The notes beneath the pieces were generated by a model. That model worked only from the letters and a program-made list of their open reading frames with translations. It had not been told where the DNA came from and ran no database searches. Source: Camelus ferus (lineage: Eukaryota). From it: a stretch of DNA of 64,000 nt. Below, piece after piece: positions 25,690 through 38,866 of this stretch (positions are counted from its first letter, which is position 1; the number at the start of each line of letters is the position of its first letter). The stretch covers positions 54,622,001-54,686,000 of the forward strand of contig NC_045705.1 of assembly GCF_009834535.1 (NCBI RefSeq), read 5' to 3'. A program made the position numbers and the translations under genes.

Positions 25690-26000
25690 ATAATTTATTC
25701 AATACATATTGTCTTTTGTGTGCCAGACACTGTTCTAGGTACTAAAGATGATATATCAGTAAATAAAACAAACAAAATCTCTGCCCTCATAGAACTCACC
25801 TTCTAGTAGGGAAAATACATCACAAACAAATTATGTAAGTAAAATGTATAGTATGTTACATGGTGATAAGAATAAGGAAGAAGAAGAAAGCAGGGGAGAA
25901 GATAGGATTTAGGGTGTGGGGAATGTCAAAGACAGTTTCACTTAGATGATATTTAAGTAAAGTCCTGAGCAGGTGCAAGACGTGAAGGATGATGAAGGAA
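25690..26000 (-). mobile_element. L2 fragment
   Basis: ATTTATTCAATACATATTG...GTGCCAGACACTGTTCTAGGTACT...CTGCCCTCATAGAACTCACCTTCTAGTAGGG. Confidence 0.7.
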
Positions 26001-26169
26001 AGAGGGAGGAAAAAAGCAAAATCAGTGAGAAAGATTTATTTAAATTTTTTGCTGATTCATTAAAAAAATCAAGCTGGGCATCATTTCCTTTATGAAACTT
26101 TTTTGATACCTTTTTTTATTTTCCTAGTAACAACTTTTTGATACCTTATTTATTTTCATAGTGAGAAAT

Positions 26170-26340
26170 AAAATTTATTGAGCACCAAGTAAGTTTAGAC
26201 AATAAGTGTTTTGCATGTTACACTATGTCTCACAACAACCTGGAGATACAGGAACTATTATTAGCTTCACTTTACAGCCAAGGAATCTGAGGCACAGACA
26301 AGTTGAGTAACCTCCCCAAAGTCAGGCATCAGGCAAGCTT
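26170..26340 (-). mobile_element. MIR
   Basis: TTTATTGAGCACC...TCACAACAACC...CACTTTACAG...CTGAGGCACAGACAAGTTGAGTAAC. Confidence 0.7.
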
Positions 26341-29300
26341 TGGCATCAGGATATGCACCCTGGGTGGTCTGACTGCAAGTCCCGGGTGTGCCCATCAGGC
26401 GGTACTTTCACCCACTCCCTGAGGACGGGGGTGAGCCCGAGCTCACAGGTGTTGTGTCTGGCATAGGAAGGTAGCCAGGGAGAAACAAGCAAGACAATTT
26501 CTAGAGGGGCAGACTGTTTCAAGGTGTTAGCACCACTGGAGATTGGAAATACCGATTTCATAGTCCTCATCTTAGAATAATCGTTGATTTATGTCTCCAC
26601 CACATAATCTCGGTGGTACACTCCTTGAGAGAACTTGTGTTATTCAGCTTTGTATCCCAATGCCTTGCAAGGTAGATGCCCAGTAAATTGTTACTTAATG
26701 ATGAATGAAGAATGAAGATATGGAAAATAATCAGGAAAATATCTGTATAGACAGTGTGTAGGCACAGTAAGTCTCATTCATAAGAAATTTAGACACAAAA
26801 GTCTACATACATCAACAATACAGCCTTAGATTCAAAGAGTGGTAAGAGTTATAAATTACACTCATCATCTTCCTCCACCCCAATTCCCCTCCTTTTATCT
26901 ACCTTATTTCAGGAAATGATACTGCCTGACTGTATAACCCAGGAACTGGGGGAAGAAGTCCTTTAATTCATCCCCCAAACTTGGTTATTTTTCTTCCCTA
27001 ACACTGATACAGTGTCACCGTCTCCATCGCCATCACTACTGCCTTTAGGTTCTGGTTCTTATTTTCCCTGACCTGGAATATTGTAGGAGCCCAATTCCAG
27101 CTCATTCTCTTCAAACCATCCTTGAGTTGTGTGTGATCTGAAAGCAACTCTGATCGGATTACCTGCTCACCATCAATCACTCTCTACTGTCCCTGGGATA
27201 ACTCAAACTCTTTAAGAAAATCTTGTTCTCTAATAACTGCTTATTTTTCCAGTTTGAAATCCTCTACATAGCTGATGCTCTGATCAACACCAAAATACTT
27301 CCTGTTCTGTGCAAACATCCTGCTCTCTCCCCACTCCCTGCATGTGTGCATGTGGCTCTCTACTCTTGGAAACCCCTCCTGGAATTATGTATAACTTTTG
27401 CTCATCTTGAAAGTCTCCACTGAAACATTTTCTTTGGGAAGTATCCCTGTCTTCCCTTGACTAATCAAGGAATAATTCTTTTACTTTCTTATCACACTTT
27501 GTGTAAACGTCTATTAGAGTATTTTTATAATTGTGTATGTGGGAATCTATTTATCTTAAATAATTACTAATGCCATGAGTACAAACGCATTCATTCATCA
27601 TTGTATCTTTTGCACTTAGCAGAGTACTTAACTCCAAGTGCTTAGTAATCAATGTAGTTGAACTATTTTCAAAGCAGTCTGATGACACAATTGGATCTCC
27701 AGCTGAGCCAACAGACCTGTGGGTGTGTATGTGCATGTGTGTGTGTTTCACAGGTGGTACGTTAGGTTTTATCTTCCAAGATTATTTTGTTTAATTTGTC
27801 TACTATGGGCTGAGAAGATATTTTTAAAGCTTTGCTCTATCACACCAGCTTTGCATCACTCGGTATTCCATGAATGGCCACTTCCCTCAAATGTTTAATC
27901 AAAATATTTCTAGGACAGAGCCAAGACTCTGGGGTGTATCACTTATGCCATATCCCCAAGTGGCTTGACACCAATTTTTAATCTCTACTCTTTGGGCAAA
28001 TAGCAAAGATATCTCTTTTTTTTTCTATCAGCGATGTTAAATCATTTCAGACATGGGTTGGGTATAAATAAACACAGTTATATGTACTGTCACCTGGAAT
28101 AGATCCCTTTAATGTAGTAACAAAGATCTCATGAAAGAGCTCATCAAATGCCTTAGTGACATGCAGATAAACCACATTGATACTTATTTTCTAATCCAAG
28201 AGCTAATGTCAACTTATAAAACCCCTTCTGACTATCCCCATTCCCCACCTGGGTATAGCTAACTACTCTCTCCTTTGTGTTCCTCCAGGAATTCAAAATG
28301 CCCTTATTATAACAATGATTTTATGTCATAGTGACTTTATATGTGTCCTCTCCTGCAAATGGTGCACTTTTTGAAGCCACAAACTAAATGGTATCCATCT
28401 CTGTATCCACACTACATTGCCTGGTACCCACAAAGTAACAATAAATGTTTGTTCAACCACTAATTAACATTTGCCTTACTGTCATCAGTTAATTGGCTTA
28501 ACATACTAATATCTTAAAAAGTTAATGAAGTTCTTTGTCATGAAACTCTTAGGATTTCCATGATGGATTAACATAATCACTATTATTTTTTCAGTATTTG
28601 TAAAAATCCTTTTACCAATGTTTTAAAATTATTGTCTGGTGAGAGATATGAAAATAAATGTAGAATTATAAAACATGACATGCATTTGAATTCTTCCTGT
28701 CACTATAATTGTTCTTGATATTATATAATATGTATAATTCATAAATATGATTATATATAAATATATATTATAGTTTCCGTAGTTTCAAGAAGCCTCTGAA
28801 TCCAATCTTTCGGTAAAGCAGTGTTGGGCACAGAGAAAGCAGTCCAATGAAGTGTCGCCGAGACCTGTGACAGCTGAAACCAGAGGAAAACTACAGCAAA
28901 CATAGTTGGAGAATTTCCTACTGACACACAACCAGATGACACTACTTACACACTAGACAGTATGTGGTGACAAAAGGTTAGGAAAGAAAAGGTTCTCAAG
29001 TCCCCAGCTGAGAAGTTATCAAAGAGAATCTCTGAATATCCAGTTAATGCAGCTGAGGGAACTTGCATCCACATAACAGTAGTTTTTCTGACTTTTAAAG
29101 CAGAGGTGCCCCTTCCTGTTTCTTTCGAACCAAATCTTTCAGGAACTCTCAATACTTCAGTGCAATGAGGATGAACAAGGGCAGGGACAGGGGCTCAGAG
29201 CCCCACTTGGCTTTCACTTTCCTCCTGTCCCATGAAGTGACCCCTTGGGCATCTTCTTAAGGCCCTACGGCTGCACAGAACACAAAGTGACAGTTGGCCC

Positions 29301-30090
29301 CTCTCCTGTAGCTGTAATTCTATATTTTCCTTCATTTGTCTAGCGCCATCTCTCTCTAATACTTTCTTTTGATCTGGCCTTCCCTCTCTTTCTTATTCAG
29401 ATCTTTTACCTTTCTTTTCTGTTTTTAATTTTCTGTTTTCCCCTGCGACATAGCGGGGGTGGTGGAGAGGAAAAGAGAACGCTAGAGGGGAGGAGAAGTT
29501 ATGCGGACACTTGGCTGAGGTCGCCTGGGCAGCTCCGTCTCTACCTGGAGGGTCTCCTTTCAGGGATGACATCTCGGACATTCTCTGCTTTGTTTCAACA
29601 AAGAAGACCAGGTAACATACTGAAGAGAACATTGTGAAGCCACATAAATGATGGTTTGAGATCACACGGTCATAATGGCAAAGGGCTCTGAAGTCATAAA
29701 TTTGCAGTTAAAGTTCTGGTTATTTGTTTTAGCTGTGAGACATAGAGCTACGGATGTGACATTTCCTGAGTAATGATTTTCTCAACTGTAAAATGATGGT
29801 TTTTATGAAAGCCTCACTCACCTGGAAGGTGTGAAATGAGATAATATACGTGCAAACACTGAACATTCTGAAAGACAATACATATAGGATCATTGTTTTC
29901 TATCCTTTCCCAAGTTCCCTAATTTGAGAAGTCCTATAAAACTCCATTTTTTTAAACTTGAGAACTCTGATCTCCTTTCTTATCTCCCAGAAATGTGTCG
30001 ACGAAGACATACTTTTTTTTAGGTGGTGAGCCATCATCCTCTTCACGAGAGATTTCAAGTCTGTGCCCTGCCCTCTCCCCCTTCACTTAC

Positions 30091-30210
30091 CTCGTGTGTG
30101 AGACCTGTCTCTGTCACGTTCCAGACAAGCCCTGGTTGGCGTCAGCTGCTCTAGAGTAGCTTTAAACCATGTCTGAATGAGTGACTCCAGGGGAGTCCTC
30201 AATTATGGCT
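30091..30210 (-). promoter_or_regulatory. Candidate OR10A4 promoter and first non-coding exon
   Basis: Perfect minus-strand donor GAG|GTAAGT at 30091/30090; about 100 bp upstream, TAATTG-N5-TCCCCTGGAG (homeodomain plus O/E-like site, 30205-30185) in unique GC-richer sequence. Confidence 0.4.
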
Positions 30211-30799
30211 ATGTCTGTGCCAGACATTTCAGGAAAGTCCTGGATGGCGTCTGTGCCAGTCATTCCAAAGACACTCGGCTGTGCTTGTCTTGGTCCACGT
30301 TGCTGGTGAACTCTGGGGTTGTGCCTTGTCACATTCTTAAAGAAGCTTTGTCCGGGGCTGTGTCAGGCACCCCAGGTCAACCCTAGGCTGCTATGGCAGG
30401 GCCAGTCCCTGTGAGGGAGCTCGGAGCTGTGCTGCATTAGTCACTCCAGAGAAGCTCTGGGCTTGGCCTGTGTCAGCCACCCTGGAGGATTCCAGGCTGG
30501 GTCTCAGGACTCTTTTGGTCCCTGCTGTTTACTGTAGGGAAGTGATTTCCTCCATTGCTTCCTCTCCCTCAAGTGAAGTCATAGGTTCTTCTTCTGACAG
30601 GTGTGAGTTTTGAGGGGTTCCCAGGAATGCAAAAATTCATGAAGATGTTGTAGTCCCATAACTGGAGGAAGACCTTGACTGCAGCTCCAATGTTTCCTGC
30701 ACTTGTGAGGCTACAAGAGCAAAAGGAGAAACCTCAGTGGCCTCTCTATTCTCCAAGGCTTTCAGCAGAGAGAAATTAGAGGAGTGTGCCACTATTCTT

Positions 30800-31420
30800 T
30801 ATTTTTTTTTCCAGCTTTGTTGAGATATAATTGACATGTAACATTGCATAAGTTTATGTACAACATGATGATTTGATTCCTGCATGTACTGTGAAATGAA
30901 CACCACAGTATGGTTCGCCAACATGTCCATCACCTCACATAATTAGCTTTTGTGTGTGTTTGAGGTGAAAACATTTAAGATCTACTCTCTTATCAACTTT
31001 CAAGGATATTATCATCATGCTGTACATTTGATTCCCAGAACATATTTATTTAAAACTCAGTTTGTACCCTTTGACTAACATCAACCCACCGCAGGCCCTG
31101 GCAACCACCTGTTTCTTTGAGTTTGTTTTTTTTCAGATTCCATATATAAGTGAGATCAATACAGTATTTGTCCTTCTCTGTCTGACTTATCTCACTCAGT
31201 ATAATGCCCTCAGGCTCCATCCTTGTTGCTGCAAGTGGCAGGATTTCCTTCTTTCTTATGGCTGATTAATGTTGCATTGTATACACGTGTGTGTATGTCA
31301 CATCTTCTTTACCCATGCATCGCTGATGGACACTTAGGTGGTTTCCATGCCTTGGCTATTGTGAAAAATGCTACAGTGAATATGGGGGTGCAGGTATCTT
31401 CAGGAGAGTGATTTCATTTC
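30800..31420 (-). mobile_element. L1MA-like 3' end, antisense
   Basis: TTGAGATATAATTGACA...ATAAGTGAGATCA...CTGACTTATCTCACT...GATGGACACTTAGGTGGTTTCCATGCCTTGGCTATTGTG. Confidence 0.85.
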
Positions 31421-34400
31421 TCGTGCCAGTAGCCTTTTACATCTCCCTTCACTTCTGATTCTCATTGGATTGGTTCTTAGGACTGTTTCTGACCTGGACT
31501 CAGGAGAGGTATTTTTAGGAAGGAAAAGGACAACTCAATAATTATTATCTAAGCCAAGTAGAGAATTTTAATGAAAACCATATTCAGTTGGTTGATGATT
31601 CTTTCCAATGGGGAGGCTCTTAACTCCTGGTTAAGATGAAAAAAGTCTGACTAACAATCTCAAAATCCTAACTCCTCTGGAATAGCAATTGAAGTTGAGA
31701 GAGTAAGATGGTGTCCATGCTTTGATATAAAGTTTCCTCCAGCCAGTTAGGGCTTCATCCAAAGACTCTCATGCATTTTTGAGCATTTCTTACAGTGCTT
31801 CTGAAATAGGTATTTTGTTTCTTACTGAAAGCAGTAACCATATCTGACTTGCTCATTATTATTTGCTTAGTACCTGGCACAGTGCCTGCACATACGATCT
31901 TTACTTTTTCCACAAGGCATACTTAAAACACTCGCATTCTGCCTCTTCCTCCACCCATATAACGAGATTTTCCATTTTGATTGAGTAGGATGGCATGTTC
32001 ATCTTGAAGTTTGCTCTAGGGAAGTGATTTCCAACAAAAGTGAGAACAGAGGTGACTCAGTGGATGAAAAAGGATAACTGCTTATTGTTCCCCCTGAGAG
32101 CCCGTCTCACTGTCCAACATACAATATAAATCTCTGTTAGCCCCCGTGTGCACTTGGGATACAACCAAAGGTGGTGAGAGAGTAGAAATGGCTTCATGAC
32201 TTCTCTCTGCCATTCTTCCTCTCATCCTCTCTCTCTTCAGTCCTCCTTACTAGCATTTGGAGGAGGAGCAATTGTATTTCAGGCTCCAATGACCAACGAA
32301 CACATGCACAAGATCCAACTTGTATGTTTTTTCATTCATCCAGCAAATATTTATTGATTTCCTAACATGAACCAGGCATTGTGGTTTTCAGTAGTAAGTT
32401 TTACAGACATTGTCCTCGGCCTTGTGGAACATACAGTTTAGAGGGGAAGACTAACATCAAAAAATCATATAAAAACGTGAATTCACAACTGTGATGAATA
32501 TGTAACTAGAAGAAAGTGATACAGCTGCAAAAAGAGCGCCGCCACTTCCCATTGCCCAGGATGTAACTATGGCTATGAGGGACTTGGATTATAATTTAAT
32601 AAAGTTGTGAGCAGCACACCTTTAGCCATGTCTTTGGATGGCTAAGAGAAAAGCCTTTAAAAGGTAAAATAATCTTCATGAGCTACTTTCTCAGTCCCAT
32701 TCATCTCAAAGGGATTCCCTGTAAAAGTAGGAGATGAAGAAAAAAAACTATCATCACTGTATATAATGATGTGTGGTTAGAAGTCCACTGTGGAAAAAAA
32801 AGATACTTTGAAACTGATGAATTTTAAAATTATTTTGTATTTATGTGTTTGACTATATGTTTCTGATAATTAATGCATATCCTTAGGAGATGAGTTTGAA
32901 TTTGTGTGCTTGATTCAAATTACTTATCTGGACAAAAACAGATGTATCAGAACTCACACTGGTGGGTCGATGTTGAACTTGGAGAGGTCACCATACATTG
33001 AGTTGAGTTCTAGATTTGGGGTTTCAGTGGTCAAGTGTTTAATGGTCATTTTTAATGTTCTGATTAGTCTTGGAGTTTTTTGTTGACTCAAACACTCAGA
33101 TGACGGAAAGCACTTCTGAAGGGCAGGCTGTAATGGACTCTATTGGAGTTCCTCCTTAATCCTCTTGAGTCATTCTGCCCAGCTCCGTGCACCCTTTGTC
33201 AGCTTCTGCAAGCTTTACTTCTAATAGCTGGTGCCTGAGACCGTCAGAAGAATGCCTCTGGGCACTGGGGAAGCTCTCCAGGAGGCAGAACTGCCTGAGA
33301 GTTTTAATTCTTCTTCCCTACAAGTGGAAGTACAAAAATCCTACTTTCTATGACCTGAAGCAGAACAAATTCTGAGATTTATTTATGCTCTGGTGATCCA
33401 GCAGGGAACTAGGGTGTCACCTGGAATTGTGTTTTGCTTAGCTGCTCCTCCATTCCCACTCTACTTTCCCATTCATTTTATGGTTTCTCCTTAATAACTT
33501 GCTTGCACTTGACTCCTTGGCTCCATGTCTAATTCTGGGATAACTTGTCCTATGATGAAAGTATTTGGTCCCAAGGCAAGATCAGTTACTGCATGTTTGG
33601 GTGGATGTTCCTAAAAGGTGAAAGAGGATTTTTAAGAGGGATATAAAGGAAAATACTCTAAGCCTGACTTCTCTGGGGAAAAAAACTCTTCTATACTTTT
33701 TTTTTTTGGGGATCTTTTCCAGATTTTCAGAACACTTGTACTCTGTTATAGGAACTGGTCTTGCTCTAGATGCAACCCTTCTGCCTCCAGTAGTGTATCT
33801 CTCCATGTGCAAGCTACCATGTAGTCCTATCAATTCTTCCTATAAAAAATACTTGGAAGTAATTTCTACTAATACCACTCTACTCCCAGTCACCATCATT
33901 TCTCAGCTAGATTACCCATTCATTTATTTATTTTTCATATACTATAGAAAAATTAGAGGATGATTTCATTGTAATGTAACATTTTTGTTGGGCAAAGCAA
34001 ATCAGAATAAATGGAGTAAAGTGATAACGTTCAACATTGAAGTAAATGTCCTGAGGCCTTGGCATCAGGAGCTCTCCTAGCTGCTTTTAAGAAAAATTTA
34101 AAAGTGTGCTTGTACCTTAGGCTCCATCTGCAGAAAGGGGCACCCCTTAACTTTGTGCAGTGTGAGGCTCCTGAAGAGTGGTACTGACTCCCATAGCCAT
34201 TTAAGGGCTGTCCCACTGGTTCAGAGCATCACATCCATATGCACAGTCTCAGCACCCAATATCCTTCTTCTAAATAAACTGTTGTTGGCAATTTCATTCT
34301 ACTGTTACCATGCATGTTGACTGTCTACCGCGGCAATCTCCAGCCTCACTGAGCTGTGTGCCTGGACAGTCTGTATTGTCTCTCTACGTACCAACTATTG

Positions 34401-35455
34401 TTTCAGCTAATGTTCTGCCTTCAAAGTTGCATATATTTTGAGTGGTCTTCCCTAACCCTACTTCCCCACAGTATTTTTAGTGTGAATTTTGCAAAACGTG
34501 AGGTTTTCAGGAATGCCTGTGTTCTATTAAGACAGAAACACTTGCGCCAGTCTCATTTTCAGAGTTACAGGTACATTGGGGAAAGGCAAACATGTAAAAA
34601 TAAGTACAATATAGTATATACAGAATTTAACTTATCTGTTGACAAACTTGGAATAGATGCATGTAGGAGAGAGTAATTTATACTGCCTGAGGGATTGGAG
34701 TGGGACTATGAAAGATGAGATGGATTTGGTTAAGATGAAGGTCAAAAGAACATTTTAAGCAGAGAAAATAGGATCCCAAGAAACCACCAAATGTTAATCA
34801 TCTGAACTATGAACTCAGAAGTCTAATGCACGCCTTTTCTTTGATTTACTAACCCATTTTTTCCATAATCTTCAAATTTTATTTCACTCAAATAAAATTT
34901 AACTATGATTTTTAACCTATTATGTAAGCAAAATTCCAAATGATTGATGACAAATATTACTGATGTGGTTGTGGGGAAACAAAAAACCCTCATAAATTGC
35001 TAGTAGAAGTGTAAAATGGTGCAAGCAGTTTGGAGGAAAATTTGCCAATAGAACAACATTATATATTTATTTACCTTTTGCCCAGTGAATCTAATTTCTA
35101 GATTTCCACATGTCAGATAAACTGGCAAAAATATAAAAAGACATTTGCATAAAACTATTCTTTGTAATTGTAAAACACTTGTTAAATAAACTATGGCATA
35201 CCTTCAAAATAAGTACTATAAAGTTATAAAAGGAATGAGGAATCCTTCTGTGGTTAAAGAAGAGCTATGTTGGAGTTAGCTTGGTCCATTTTAATCTTTG
35301 ATGAAAGTAGCATCATGACTGAAATTTATAATATTACTTCAGCAAGGTATAAGAACCTGAATATAGGCTAAATACAGAGCCTGGGGAAGCTCAGGTCATT
35401 CTACCTGGGAAAAACAGCATGAGGGATAAAATGATTGTTGGGGTTATAAAGGGAG

Positions 35456-36280
35456 TTTTTTTTTTTTTTTTTTCCCTCAGGTCCTTTCTCTCTCTTCTCT
35501 TTCTGGGACCCACTATAATACAAATATTAGTGTGCTTCATGTTGTCCCAGAGTTCTCAAACTATTCTCATTTCTTTTCATTTTTTTTCTTTTTTCTGTTC
35601 TGTGGCAGTGATTTCCACCACTCTGTCTTCTAGCTCATTGATCCTTTCTTCTGCCTTTTTTAGTCTACTCTTGGTTCCTTCTAGTGTATTATTCATTTCA
35701 GTTATTGTGCTTTTTAACTCTATTTGGTTGTTCTTTATACTTTCTATCTCTTTGCTAAAAACTTCCAACTTCTTACTCTGTGCATCCATTCCCCTCCCAA
35801 GTTCTCTGATAATCTTCACAAGCATTGCCCTGAACTCTCTTACATGGATTGCATCTCTTCTCATCACTTAGTTCTTCTTTTGGCATTTTATCTTTTCCCT
35901 TTGCCTGGAACATATTCCTTTGCCATCTTACTTTGTCTAAATTTCTACTTGTATTTTTATGTGTGTGATAGGATAGTTACATTTCTTAGCCTTGGAGAAG
36001 TGCACCTCTGTAGGTAGCATCCTATGGGTCCCAGCAGTACACTTTACTCTCATCAGCCAAGGGCTAGGGGCCAGCTAGTCCCAGGGTAGAGTCTGGTCTG
36101 AGTTTGTGGGCTCATTCCATAGGTGGTGGGAAAGACCTGCCCACTGGTGGGTGGAGCTGGGTCCTGGCCTTATGCTGGGCAGGGTCATGTCTAAGGGCAT
36201 ATATAGAGGTGACTGTGGCCTCTGGAAGTCTTTTCGCAGCCTGTCTGCTGATGAGTGGGGCTGTGTTCTCACCCAGTTAG
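35456..36280 (-). mobile_element. L1 5'UTR plus ORF1 N-terminal fragment ending in A18
   Basis: ORF 35577-35867 (EFRAMLVKIIRELG...ELKSTITEMNNTLEG...EERINELEDR) is L1 ORF1p coiled coil; it continues to a GVPEREEREKGPE-like segment, then T18 on plus at 35456-35473. Confidence 0.85.
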
Positions 36281-36329
36281 TAGGTATGGGAATTATTGAT
36301 CCACCTTCCTATATACTACATACCAGTGA

Positions 36330-37420
36330 GCTTAAAAGAACTAACACTGCCTCTACAGCAAAGGAACCCATAAACAAAATGAAAAGACAACCTATGGAAC
36401 AGGAGGAGATATTTACAAACAATGTGACCAACAAGGGATTACCTTCCAAAATATACAAACAGCTCAAAAAGCTCAATATCAACAAAACAAACAACCCAAT
36501 CAAAAAATGCGCAGAAGATTTAAATAGACAATTCTCCAACAGGCACACAGAAAGATGCTCAACAGCACTACTTATTCAAGAAATGCAGATCAAAACTACA
36601 ACGAGCAATGAGGTGTCACCTCACACCTCTCAGAATGGCCACCATCAAAAAGTGTACAAATAATAATTGTTGGAGAGGGTGTGGAGAAAAGGGAACCCTC
36701 CTACACTGTTGGTGGGAATGTAAATTGGTGAAGCCACTATGGAGAAGAGTATGGATCTTCCTTTAAAAACTAAAAATAGACTTATCGTATGATCCAACAA
36801 TCCCACTTTGGGGCATATGTCCAGAGAAAACTCTAATTCAAAAACAAACATGCACCCAAATGNNNNNNNNNNNNNNNNNNNNNNNNNNNNNNNNNNNNNN
36901 NNNNNNNNNNNNNNNNNNNNNNNNNNNNNNNNNNNNNNNNNNNNNNNNNNNNNNNNNNNNNNNNNNNNNNNNNNNNNNNNNNNNNNNNNNNNNNNNNNNN
37001 NNNNNNNNNNNNNNNNNNNNNGAACATGGGTGGACCTAGAGATTATCATACTAAGTCAAGTAGGTCAGACAGAGAAAGACAAATATATGACATCACTTAT
37101 ATGTGGAATCTTTAAAAAATCATACAAATGAACTTATTCACAAAGCAGAAATAGTCTCACAAACACAGAAACAAACTGTGCTTACCAAAGGGGAAAAGGG
37201 TAAGGAGGAGGGATAAATTAGGAGTTTGGGATTAAAAGATGAACACTACTATATATATAAAATAGATAACCAACAAGGTCCTACTGTATAGCACAGGGAA
37301 CTATACTGAATATTTTATAATTACCTATAATGGAAAAGAATCTGAAAAATAATAGATTTATATATATGTATAACTGAATCATTTTACTGTACACTTGAAG
37401 TATTATAAGTCAACTATACT
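36330..37420 (+). mobile_element. L1 ORF2 C-terminus and 3'UTR, degenerate, with N run 36863-37021
   Basis: [14 protein letters not shown]...IYKQLKKLN...[15 protein letters not shown], followed by 3'UTR motifs. Confidence 0.88.
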
Positions 37421-37910
37421 AACACTGACTCATGAGGATGATAAGGCAGTGAGGAGTGAGGAGATAATGCATTGGAAGGACTCATAGGGTTTCCCATGTG
37501 ATGAATGGAGTCATATTTGCCCAAAATGATACAAAGTGAAAGGTGATTTTTGATTGATTTTGCTCTATTTTATTATGTGTGTTCCCAAGTGTTAGGATTA
37601 CAAACACTTTCATACTGTTTACAATGTGAACACCAGAATGTGAATATCTGGAATTACTTGGCCACAGAACTGTTGAATTGCCAATAGGAAAAAAAAAAAA
37701 AGTAAGTCTATAACAGGCAAGCAAAGAAGGTTTCCAAGTGGTAGTGATAGGTCTAAACTACATCTGTGCAGCTTTTTCTCCACTGAGTTTTGCTGTAGTT
37801 ATTTCAGAAGTTGGGTTTTATCACAACGCAGCTGGGAAGAGAGGCAGAGGAATCCCAAATATGAACTAATTGTTCCCCATTCAATAAGGTTTAGTCTTAT
37901 TTCTTAATGT

Positions 37911-38866
37911 CTATGGGATGCAGTTTCTAAGGCTGAGGATTTTGCAGAAAGTCCGGCCAAGGGCATTCTTCACTTCATTATTTCTCAGGCTGTAGATGAT
38001 GGGGTTCAACATGGGAGTCACAACAGTGTAGGATAGTGACAGCACCTTCTTGCTCTCAGGAGAATTATTGGACTTGGGACGGAAGTAGGTGAGGCTTAGA
38101 GATACATAGAAAAGGGAGACAACAAGGAGGTGGGAGGAGCAGGTAGAGAAGGCTTTGTGCTTCCCTTTAGCTGAAGGAATCTTGAGGATGGCAGCAGCGA
38201 TGCGAGCGTAGGAACATAGGATCAGCAAGCAGGGTAGCATGACGACTAGAATGGTCCCAACTGATGGCATAGACCTCAAAGAGTGCTGTGTCTGCACAGA
38301 CCAGCCTGAGCACAGGTGGGCTGTCACAGAAGAAGTGGTTCACCTCGTTGGTGCCACAGAATGGAAAGCTGAAGAGCCACGTGGTCTGCACAGTAGCTAC
38401 AGGAACGCCTGGAAACCAGGAGGCAGCAGCCAGTTTGGCACACGTCCTTGTGCTCATGATGACTGGGTAGTGTAAGGGATCGCAGATGGCTACATAGCGG
38501 TCATACTGCCATGGTGGCCAGAAGGAAGCATTCAGAAACCCCGAAGAAGAAGAAGAAATACATCTGAGTGGCACAGCCAAGAAAGGAGATGGTCGTGTCC
38601 TGGGCAATCAGGGTTGCCAGCATCTTAGGCACAGCAACTAAGTTGAAGCCAATCTCCAAGAAGGACAAGTTCCTGAGGAAGAAGTACATGGGGCTGTGCA
38701 GCATGGGGTCAGCCCAGGTGACCAGAAGGATGAGGCCGTTTCCCATCAGGGTGACCAGGTAGATGATTAAAAATACCAGGAAGAGTAATGACTGTATTTC
38801 AGTAGGTAAGGAAGAGAAACTCATCAGGATAAACTCGCTAACTCTCGTCCAGTTGCCTCCAGCCAT
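37911..38866 (-). pseudogene. OR10A2: Olfactory receptor OR10A2-like with two +1 insertions (plus-strand C38506 and T38262; possible sequence errors)
   Basis: Three overlapping ORFs assemble into one OR. Alignment with the intact paralog at 51.7-52.7 kb shows the two extra bases; removing them gives 317 aa ending LRNCIP. Position next to OR10A4 and the SLSLTYF/RNNEV residues fit OR10A2 rather than OR10A5. Confidence 0.8.

Noticed and set aside
26057-26069. Partial 13-mer match TCATTAAAAA (also TTTTTAATGA at 43887-43896)
   Set aside because: 10-nt AT-rich matches are expected by chance and lack clustered homeodomain or O/E sites.
35419-35871. 150-aa hydrophobic ORF resembling a membrane protein
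   Set aside because: It is the antisense reading of L1 ORF1, which gives Phe/Leu/Ser-rich text.
35456-37420. Twin-priming 5' inversion as the origin of the opposed L1 pieces
   Set aside because: The inverted piece ends in ORF1 and the sense piece starts near the ORF2 C-terminus, several kb apart on the L1 map, and there is no shared TSD; two separate insertions are simpler.
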